This document shows positions 1-7,099 of a stretch of 64,000 nt of DNA, piece by piece; position 1 is the first letter of the stretch, and each line of letters begins with the position of its first letter. Position numbers and translations under genes: made by a program. The DNA is from Solirubrobacteraceae bacterium. GTDB lineage: Bacteria; Actinomycetota; Thermoleophilia; Solirubrobacterales; Solirubrobacteraceae. The stretch spans positions 26,448-90,447 of the forward strand of contig DATHNT010000013.1 in assembly GCA_035485715.1 (NCBI GenBank), in the 5' to 3' direction. A model generated the notes under the pieces. That model was not told where the DNA came from, searched no databases, and saw nothing but the letters and a program-made list of their open reading frames with translations.

Positions 1-406
1 GGTGGCCGAGGCCCAAGCGTTCCAGCCACGGGCGGGCCATATCGTGCGCCTCCTCCAAACGCATTTTGAGCGCGAAGAGCTTCAAGGCAGCGTTGTCGAG
101 CGCACTTGCGCCCTGCATCAGGTGGAAGGACTGAAAGACAATCCCGACCGTCTCACGACGAAAGCGTGCGCTCTCACGCTTCGTCAGGCCCGCCAGCTCC
201 CGCCCGTCGAATGCGATCGAGCCCGAGTCCGGCCGCTTGATCGTGGCCGCCATCATCAGAAGCGTCGTCTTTCCGGAGCCGCTCGGCCCATACAGGGCGA
301 CGAACTCGCCGGGTGCGACACTCAGCGAGACACCATCGACGGCATTGACCGTATCGCCGCCGCCCTCGTAGCGCTTGACCACGTCTCGCAAAACAAGGGT
401 GCCCAC
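1..406 (-). CDS. ABC transporter ATP-binding protein, LolD/MacB-like (partial, runs off window start)
   Basis: Not in ORF track. Read by hand from GTG at 406 (overlaps upstream TAG): MGTLVLRDVVKRYEGGGDTVNAVDGVSLSVAPGEFVALYGPSGSGKTTLLMM...VFQSFHL. Intact Walker A and Q-loop; open to the window edge. Confidence 0.9.
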   Translation of the reverse strand, partial: MGTLVLRDVVKRYEGGGDTVNAVDGVSLSVAPGEFVALYGPSGSGKTTLLMMAATIKRPDSGSIAFDGRELAGLTKRESARFRRETVGIVFQSFHLMQGASALDNAALKLFALKMRLEEAHDMARPWLERLGLGH

Positions 407-1140
407 TATGCGCCCAGCTCTTGCGAGCCGCCACCAGGGAACTCGATCACCTTTCGCCGCGAAGCCGTCGAGGTCATGCGACCGTCTGACAGGCTCATCA
501 TGGGCTTGCAGCCACGTAGAGCGGTCGGCTCTTCCGAGGCGATCAGTTGCGCGCAACCGATCTTCTCAGGTAGCGAGCGCAACAGCTCGTAGAAGGCTCT
601 GGCATGTTCGGGGTTGCGAAACACTGCGGGCTCGTCCACGAGCAGTAGGCGGGGCTCGCGGATGATCGCGCGCGCCAACTCAACCAGTAGGCGTTCACTC
701 AGGCCAAGCTCGGCTGTGCGGCTGTGTCCAAGATGTAACGCTCCCACCAATTCGAGTGTTCGCAAGACGCGCTCCTCGGCTACCTTCATGTTCGGCGATC
801 CGCTGTAGAGCGGAGTCGAGATGTGCTGGATGACAGAGGTTGAGCGACTGGTACGCCACTCGCCGCGAACGACTGCTATGCCACCGTGACGACGCGCGTG
901 CGCGGTCTCGTCGTTGCTCATCTCGACAAGCTCGCGGTCATCCCATAAGACGCTGCCCTCGTCGGGGGCCATCAGGCCAGCGGCTATCTTCAGCAGCGTG
1001 GTCTTGCCGCCTCGGCGTGAGGCGAGCAGGCCGACCGTCTCGCCGACCTCTACCTCGAAGGAGACGCGATCCAGGACCGTGATCTCGCTCCCGCCGTCAG
1101 GAAAGCGCTTGCTTACCTGACGGAACGCCAGCAGGCTCAT
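406..1140 (-). CDS. Degenerate ABC ATPase-like protein (LolD/MacB-like fold)
   Basis: 244 aa. ABC-type N-terminus and Walker B LLLVDEP, but Walker A reads ASRRGGKT, the signature region LGLSE and the H-loop SEE. Overlaps both neighbours. Confidence 0.8.
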   Translation of the reverse strand: MSLLAFRQVSKRFPDGGSEITVLDRVSFEVEVGETVGLLASRRGGKTTLLKIAAGLMAPDEGSVLWDDRELVEMSNDETAHARRHGGIAVVRGEWRTSRSTSVIQHISTPLYSGSPNMKVAEERVLRTLELVGALHLGHSRTAELGLSERLLVELARAIIREPRLLLVDEPAVFRNPEHARAFYELLRSLPEKIGCAQLIASEEPTALRGCKPMMSLSDGRMTSTASRRKVIEFPGGGSQELGA

Positions 1141-1721
1141 TGCGGCCGCTTTTCACGCCGCGTTTCAAGCTCGCGGGTGGCTTCGTCAATCCACTCCATT
1201 TCAGCCTTCAATCGCTTGTCTACCGCTGAGCATTGCAGGCTGATGATCGTCCCCACATATGTGACCCTCAGAGTTTCGTGCGCCTCGTTCTCCTCCATCT
1301 CTTCGAGGAGGTCCAAGCGCCGCTCCGCAAGAGCACGCAGGAGGTCGGGGATGTCCTCTTCGGTCGAGAACGCCAAACGCGCATGCAGGTCTGTCCTGAC
1401 GACGCTCGACTTGGGCCGCGCCGCCAACCAATCGCGGCGGGCCTGTTCGCCCTTCTCGGTTGGGAAATAGACATCGCGAATATAGGGCGGACGCTTGAAA
1501 GCCTTCTGCTCAGAGCCCGCCAGCCCGTCAGCCTCCAACCGTTCCAGATACGAATAGATGTGTTTTGGTTCGACGCGCCATGAAGAGCCCATACGGAGAT
1601 TCGCGCGTCGCGCGATGTCCCACCCATGCCCAGGAGCTTCGATCAAGGCCGCGAGCACTGCGGCCCGGATCGGCGACTTGCCGTCGAGCGTGGCCTTCTT
1701 GCTTGTCTCTCGTTCAGCCAT
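1137..1721 (-). CDS. PadR-family transcriptional regulator
   Basis: wHTH pattern AVLAALIEAPGHGWDIARR...HIYSYLERLEADGL...YFPTEKG, followed by a C-terminal helical domain ending EMEWID. Confidence 0.85.
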   Translation of the reverse strand: MAERETSKKATLDGKSPIRAAVLAALIEAPGHGWDIARRANLRMGSSWRVEPKHIYSYLERLEADGLAGSEQKAFKRPPYIRDVYFPTEKGEQARRDWLAARPKSSVVRTDLHARLAFSTEEDIPDLLRALAERRLDLLEEMEENEAHETLRVTYVGTIISLQCSAVDKRLKAEMEWIDEATRELETRREKRPQ

Positions 1722-1890
1722 AGTCTTATCAGGCTAATCCTGAGAATCGGAACTCTACAGCAAACCCTGCGAGCACGATAATCCGCAATGGGAACACGAC
1801 ATTGGGTGGGTTGGTCGCGGGCCACCTGGTCGGTGCGGCGAGCAGCCTGCTCGTAGCCGAACTTCGCCTTCGCCGCGACTCGGCGGGGCC

Positions 1891-3228
1891 TCAGCCGATC
1901 GGCGCCAGCGAGTTGCCCGGCGCGATGCTCGAACAGTTCCGCGGGGCCGGCAGTCCGGCGAAACGTTCGGCGAGCCAGGCGTCGGCTTCTCCCAGCCACA
2001 CTGTCGCGCTCGGAACGTGGCTGAGATGTTCATATTCCTCGTACTGCACGGAGACGCCGCGGCTGCAGTACTCGCGCGCAAGGCTGCGCACATCGCCCGC
2101 GATCATCACGCCGTCCCCCGGACCGATGCCTTCCTTGTTGCCCGAGGTTCCTTCGAGTTCGCCACCGTTGCCCTGGCCGATGAACATCGGCATGCTGGGC
2201 GTACCACGACCACCCATGATCAGCTGGTTCACCACTTCGACGTAGACTGGCACGCTCTCGGGTGTCTGGTATTCGGGCTTCGCCATCTGCGCCCAAGTGA
2301 GACCCGGGTACTCGCCGAGCACGGTCTCGATCGAGGCGTGCTGGAGCTTGTTGTAGAGCTGCAGCCCGTATTCGTTCAGGTACGGCGTGAGGTCGACGTG
2401 GAAGGCTCGCGAGACTCCGATCACCGACATCGGGATCACGCCGGCCCAGACGGCGCTGCCTTCGACGTAGTGCAGGTTGTGCGCGGGATCGACGAGCACG
2501 CCGCCCATCGCCGCACCGACGATACGCGAGCTGATGTCGGGCGCGTAGGAAGACGCGAGCTCGGCGGCCCACCCGGTCGCGATCGCGCCACCGGAATAGC
2601 CGATCAGGCCGATCTTCTTTGCTCCTGCCGCTCCGGCGGCGGGAGAGCCGAGCACAGCACGCAGCGAATCGAGCGTGTTCATCCCGTACTCCGGGCCCGC
2701 CGCGAAATCTGCCGTCTCGCCCTCGGTGTCGGGCACGACGACGGTCTCCCCCGCGAGCAGTGCGGGCGCGATCAACCCCGACTCCGCTGTCGGGATCAGA
2801 CCGCCCAGCGTAACCCCGCCGGAGACGGCGTAGGAAGGCTCGTCTTCGGGATTCAGCGAGTCGTAGAAGGACTGGTAGGAGACGATCGTGGGAGCGCCAA
2901 GGCGCAGAGGCGGCTGCAGCACAGAGGTCACGTTGACCGTCGGCGCTCCCGTCTCACCCGTCGACCGATAGAGCAGTTGCACCGCTTTGATCGGCAGTGG
3001 CACGCCCGCCACGTGGTAGGAGAGCGTGCGTGTCTTCAGCACAGTGCCCGGCGCGATGTTCGCCAGAGGCGTGGAGCCTTCGTAGGAGTAGAAGGGATCC
3101 GCCTCGGGCGGCGCCGCCGCGCCCTCGGCCGGCATCGTGAGCACCATGAAGACCACCAGCAGCCCGACCGCGAGAATGCCCGCTCCCAATTTCATCCCCG
3201 ACCCGATCACAAGACGCATCGGGTCCAC
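1891..3228 (-). CDS. Secretory lipase (LIP family alpha/beta hydrolase)
   Basis: Signal peptide ending AEGAAA; QLLYRST, SYQSFYDSL..EDEPSY, PDTEG, nucleophile GYSGG, late His (LSHV). Start could be 3219. Confidence 0.85.
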   Translation of the reverse strand: MDPMRLVIGSGMKLGAGILAVGLLVVFMVLTMPAEGAAAPPEADPFYSYEGSTPLANIAPGTVLKTRTLSYHVAGVPLPIKAVQLLYRSTGETGAPTVNVTSVLQPPLRLGAPTIVSYQSFYDSLNPEDEPSYAVSGGVTLGGLIPTAESGLIAPALLAGETVVVPDTEGETADFAAGPEYGMNTLDSLRAVLGSPAAGAAGAKKIGLIGYSGGAIATGWAAELASSYAPDISSRIVGAAMGGVLVDPAHNLHYVEGSAVWAGVIPMSVIGVSRAFHVDLTPYLNEYGLQLYNKLQHASIETVLGEYPGLTWAQMAKPEYQTPESVPVYVEVVNQLIMGGRGTPSMPMFIGQGNGGELEGTSGNKEGIGPGDGVMIAGDVRSLAREYCSRGVSVQYEEYEHLSHVPSATVWLGEADAWLAERFAGLPAPRNCSSIAPGNSLAPIG

Positions 3229-3349
3229 CTCTACCCGCTGACGCGACCGGTAATCGCCGCCGATGTGGCTATCGCTCGTCGAGCCGTATTACGAGAACAA
3301 TCGGTTCACCCGTGCGCGCGATACCAGCGCCCTGACGCGGTCGCAGCGC

Positions 3350-4033
3350 TCAAAGTTCCGTCACAAGCCCAAGCGCAAAACCGTCATGGCCCTTGGCGCC
3401 AACCGTCTGGATCGCGGTCGCGCTCACACGAGACTCCGCGGCAAGCATCTCGTAGAAGCCCCGCACACCGGCCGCTATCCCACCATCCTCGGCACTAGAG
3501 GCGTCAGAGTCGAGGATCGCACCGCCGCGCACGACGTTGTCGCCGATGATCAACGTGCCCACCCGCGAGAGCTTCAGCGACCACTCCAGATAGCCCGGGT
3601 AGTTCTGCTTGTCGGCGTCGATGAAGATCAGATCGAACGGGGCCGTCCCTTCGTCGTGCATCTCGGGCAGCGTCTCCAGTGCCGGACCCACCCGGACCTG
3701 CACCGTATCCGCCAAGCCTGCGTTGGCTATGTTCGCGAGCGCGACCTCGGCGTAGCGGGACTCGCGCTCGAGCGTGACGAGGCGTCCGCCCTCCGGTAGC
3801 GCACGGGCAAGCCAGATCGTGCTGTAGCCACCGAGGGTCCCCAACTCGAGAATGCTCTGCGCGCGGTGGATACGCGCGAGCAGTTCCAACAGCTTGCCTT
3901 GGTTGGGCGTAATCGCAATGGGCGGCAGGCCGGCGGCCTCACTGGCGGCGATGGCAGCGTCAAGCAACGGGTCCGGCGAGAGCAGGTGCTCTGCTATGTA
4001 GCCATCGACGGCTGTCCAAAGGTCCTGGTCCAT
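3350..4033 (-). CDS. SAM-dependent O-methyltransferase (COMT/CCoAOMT-like)
   Basis: LELGTLGGYSTIW, FDLIFIDADK, IIGDNV motifs. ATG 4033 chosen because TATCTT lies 8 nt upstream. Confidence 0.9.
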   Translation of the reverse strand: MDQDLWTAVDGYIAEHLLSPDPLLDAAIAASEAAGLPPIAITPNQGKLLELLARIHRAQSILELGTLGGYSTIWLARALPEGGRLVTLERESRYAEVALANIANAGLADTVQVRVGPALETLPEMHDEGTAPFDLIFIDADKQNYPGYLEWSLKLSRVGTLIIGDNVVRGGAILDSDASSAEDGGIAAGVRGFYEMLAAESRVSATAIQTVGAKGHDGFALGLVTEL

Positions 4034-4070
4034 GGTGGAGGAAGATAAAGCAAGTCTCCTCAAACTACGG

Positions 4071-4099
4071 TTGACATCCCCCAAGATTCATGTTACAGT
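4071..4099 (+). promoter_or_regulatory. Near-consensus primary-sigma promoter for the secreted-protein/ABC operon
   Basis: TTGACA (4071-4076), 17 nt spacer, TACAGT (4094-4099), with extended -10 TG at 4091-4092. Confidence 0.75.
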
Positions 4100-4149
4100 C
4101 GGTAAAGTGAATTTGTAGGAGAGGTTCGCCAGCCAAATACGGGTCGAGT

Positions 4150-4176
4150 TCGGTCGGTGTCGCGCGCACCGACCGA
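4150..4176 (+). other. 5' UTR hairpin
   Basis: TCGGTCGGTG / CACCGACCGA perfect 10-bp stem with 7-nt loop, ending 4 nt before the AGGAGG RBS (4181-4186). Confidence 0.6.
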
Positions 4177-4196
4177 CGCTAGGAGGTGGGTTAAGG

Positions 4197-4964
4197 ATGA
4201 CGCGCAAAGTCAGGCTCATCCTTGGTGGCGTCCTCACCTCCATATGTGTGTTGGTGGCCACGGTAGCCTGGGCCACCAACACACTGACGGTCACCGAGGC
4301 CTTCACTCCCGACAAGCTCGGGGCGCCGACGAACCTCTCGATCACCGCGCAATTCGCCTCCAGCACCGGCGGGCCGCCCTCGCCGATCACCCGGCTCACT
4401 CTGTATGCGCCCGCCGGACTGGGAGTCGACGCGCGCGGTGCCGGCACCTGCAGCGAAGCGACGCTGCGGCTGCGGGGTCCCCAAGGCTGCCCGGCCACCT
4501 CGCGCGTCGGCTTCGGTGGCGGCGTGGGCTTGATCGAACTCCCCAAACAGGTGATTCGCGAGCGCTTCACGATCGACTTCTTCTTTGCTCCTCACGAACA
4601 AGGACATCTGGCTCTACTCGCCTATGCCAGCGCCGTCCAGCCCGTGGCCGTCGAAATAACCGTCATCGCCAAGGAAGTCCCTGCTCCCAAGCCCTATGGA
4701 CTCGGCTTCAGCGTCGAAATACCGCCCATATCGACGATCCCAGGGGCGACGCTTGCCTCGGTCGAAAGTGCCTTTGCGACATTCGGCTCGCCCAATGTCG
4801 CCTACTACCAGACCGTCCACGGCAAGCGCACACTCGTACACCTGAAGGGCGTCGTTGTGCCCAAGGCCTGCCCGCGCGGAGGCTTTCCCACCGAGGGAAC
4901 GATCGACTTCGCCGACGGCAGCACGCTCACCGTCAATCCCACCATCCCATGCCCTCACGGCTGA
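4197..4964 (+). CDS. Secreted 4-Cys beta-rich protein of unknown function (paralog 1)
   Basis: AGGAGG RBS, signal peptide ending AWA, C-x12-CP, CPRGGFP and terminal CP. Homologous to 5033-5803 and 38623-39435. Confidence 0.85.
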   Translation: MTRKVRLILGGVLTSICVLVATVAWATNTLTVTEAFTPDKLGAPTNLSITAQFASSTGGPPSPITRLTLYAPAGLGVDARGAGTCSEATLRLRGPQGCPATSRVGFGGGVGLIELPKQVIRERFTIDFFFAPHEQGHLALLAYASAVQPVAVEITVIAKEVPAPKPYGLGFSVEIPPISTIPGATLASVESAFATFGSPNVAYYQTVHGKRTLVHLKGVVVPKACPRGGFPTEGTIDFADGSTLTVNPTIPCPHG

Positions 4965-5032
4965 ACGCGGCCGCGCGTGGGCGCGCCGTCGCGCTGGGCA
5001 GGACAAACCCTGGGCACACGCTCCCCACACGC

Positions 5033-5803
5033 GTGCGCGGCGCGCTGGAAGCAACAATCGGCACACCTCTGCGCGCCCTCCCGCTGGCGCTGCTCCTCGC
5101 GCTCGTCGCCTGCGTCGCACCGAGCTCAGCGCTGGCAACCCGATCGACGACGACCGCAACGATCGCACCCACGCTTTTCCCCGACCGGCTTGGCGCCGAG
5201 GGTGCGCTACGGCTGACGATCGACTACTCGAGCGACGAATCGGCTGTGCCGCTGCCGGTCAGTAGCTCAGTTTTGCGTTTTCCCGTTGGGCTGGGTGTCG
5301 AAATACCCCATCTGCGCAGCTGCTCGCTCACACGCCTGCGCGCGCAGGGGCCCAAAGCCTGCCCGCCACAGTCGCTGCTCGGCCACGGCCACGCAATCGC
5401 CGAGGCGCAGGCCGGCTCGCAGGTCGTCAGCGAGGGCATTCAGCTCACCCTGTTCGTTGGGCCCTTTCACAACCTGCAACCCACTTTCGAGATCCTTGGC
5501 CAGGGCTACACGCCGTTCGACGAGCGCGTCGTGCTGACCGGTACCGTGCGCCCGGACAATCCTCCCTACGGAGAAGACCTGGTGCTCTCGATTCCACCGA
5601 TCCCGACCCTGCCGCTCGAGCCCGATGCCTCGATCGTCAGCATGTCGCTGACGGTCGGCACCGCTAAACCTCGCCATCCGATTACCGTCAACACGGTACT
5701 CGTCCCTCCCAGCTGCCCGGCCGGCGGCTTTCCCTTCGCTGCCGAATTCACCTATGCCGACGGCTCCACCAGCAGCGCCTTTGCCAGCGCTGTCTGCCCA
5801 TGA
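5033..5803 (+). CDS. Secreted 4-Cys beta-rich protein of unknown function (paralog 2)
   Basis: 3' half of track ORF 4157..5803. GTG 5033 gives a signal peptide ending SSALA; PDRLGA, C-x12-CP, CPAGGFPF, YADGS, terminal CP. Start is approximate. Confidence 0.8.
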   Translation: MRGALEATIGTPLRALPLALLLALVACVAPSSALATRSTTTATIAPTLFPDRLGAEGALRLTIDYSSDESAVPLPVSSSVLRFPVGLGVEIPHLRSCSLTRLRAQGPKACPPQSLLGHGHAIAEAQAGSQVVSEGIQLTLFVGPFHNLQPTFEILGQGYTPFDERVVLTGTVRPDNPPYGEDLVLSIPPIPTLPLEPDASIVSMSLTVGTAKPRHPITVNTVLVPPSCPAGGFPFAAEFTYADGSTSSAFASAVCP

Positions 5804-6351
5804 GTAACGAGAGAAAGCAGGTATCCGAGATGTCTCGGCAAAATCCTCCATCGCGGAATCTGCGACGGACACTTGCATCTACGCTCGCACGCGAGGACTC
5901 GTCGCGAAGGCTGCGACTGCTTGGCGCTACGGCCGCTTGCGCCGGCATACTGGCATTGCTCGCCGCACCGACCTCGCTAGCGGCGAAAACGTTTTCGCTC
6001 AACGAGAACGGCAACCTTCGCTTGACCGGTAAGCAGGGCTTCACCCTCAACGAGGAGGGGCCCGCCTCCGGCACCGTCAGCGGCACGATCTACGTACACC
6101 TGAAGATCGTCTCCAGCACGCGCGTCACTGCCGAAATCAGCATCTACCCGCACGGCGGCTCGATCACCTGCTCGGGCAGCGCCGGCTACAAACGCGAAGG
6201 CTCCTCCGCCCACTTCTCCGGTGGACTGTCGATCGATCGCGGTACCGGCAGTTACGCGCACGCGCGCGGGTCCGGGCTGAGCTTCAGCGGCACGATTCAG
6301 CGCTCCAACGACGCGATCGCCGTGCACGTCGGCGGCACGGCAGCGGACTGA
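5800..6351 (+). CDS. Secreted small beta-barrel protein (allene-oxide-cyclase/dirigent-like, tentative), paralog 1
   Basis: ATGA overlap with upstream gene; Arg-rich n-region and hydrophobic signal ending SLA. Mature part about 120 aa of alternating beta pattern with IDRGTGSYAHARG. About half identical to 39450-39956. Confidence 0.8.
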   Translation: MSNERKQVSEMSRQNPPSRNLRRTLASTLAREDSSRRLRLLGATAACAGILALLAAPTSLAAKTFSLNENGNLRLTGKQGFTLNEEGPASGTVSGTIYVHLKIVSSTRVTAEISIYPHGGSITCSGSAGYKREGSSAHFSGGLSIDRGTGSYAHARGSGLSFSGTIQRSNDAIAVHVGGTAAD

Positions 6352-6377
6352 CAACCAGCACAGGGGAGGCGATCGGA

Positions 6378-7097
6378 ATGCTCGAGCTGCGCGATCTGGT
6401 CAAGCACTATCCCGCCGTGGGCGGTGAGACCGTGCGCGCCGTGGACGGCGTTTCTCTCAAGGTCGAGGGCGGTGAGATGGTCGCCCTGTACGGGCCCAGC
6501 GGATCCGGCAAGACAACTCTGCTGCTGATGGTCGCCACATTGCTGGCGCCAACAGCCGGGGCGGTGTTGATCGGCGGACGCGACATCTCCTCGCTGTCCG
6601 AGCGCGAGGCGTCCAACTTCAGACTCTCCGAACTCGGCTTCATCCGCCAGAACTTCGACCTCCTGCCCGGCGTCAGCGCCATCGACAACACCGTGCTGAA
6701 GCTGTTGAAGGCGATGCGCTGGCGCGATGCTCAACGCCATGTCACACCCCTGCTCGAGCGTTTGGGCATGGGCGAGCGTTTGCACCACCGCGCGGAGACG
6801 CTCTCGATGGGCGAGCGCCAGCGCGTGATGATCGCACGCGCGCTCTCGACTGAACCGAGCATGCTGCTTGCCGACGAGCCGACGGGCAGCCTCGACACGC
6901 AGCGCGGGCGCGAAGTGCTCGAACTGTTGCGCAGCCTGTGTCGCGAGCGCGGCGTCGCCGTCGTGCTCGTAAGCCACGACCCGATGGCCGCCGAATACGC
7001 CGACCGCGTGCTGGCTTTGCGCGACGGGCAGCTGTGCGCCTACCAGCACGAGCAAGGCCCGCAAGCCCCTGCTCCACTGGTCGCAAACGGGGGTTGA
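6378..7097 (+). CDS. ABC transporter ATP-binding protein, LolD/MacB-like
   Basis: GPSGSGKT, LSMGERQR, LLADEPTGSLD, VSHD; RBS GGAGG. Confidence 0.95.
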   Translation: MLELRDLVKHYPAVGGETVRAVDGVSLKVEGGEMVALYGPSGSGKTTLLLMVATLLAPTAGAVLIGGRDISSLSEREASNFRLSELGFIRQNFDLLPGVSAIDNTVLKLLKAMRWRDAQRHVTPLLERLGMGERLHHRAETLSMGERQRVMIARALSTEPSMLLADEPTGSLDTQRGREVLELLRSLCRERGVAVVLVSHDPMAAEYADRVLALRDGQLCAYQHEQGPQAPAPLVANGG

Positions 7098-7099
7098 CG

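Noticed and set aside
2017-3498. Long antisense or alternative-frame ORFs (e.g. 2017..3498, 7748..9190, 37336..38544, 49406..50662, 53545..54951)
   Set aside because: Arg/Ala/Gly-rich shadow frames of real genes, expected in high-GC DNA, with no motifs.
4157-5803. 548-aa ORF as one fused protein
   Set aside because: The first half is an Arg-rich off-frame overlap of 4197-4964; only the part from about 5033 has a signal peptide and family motifs.
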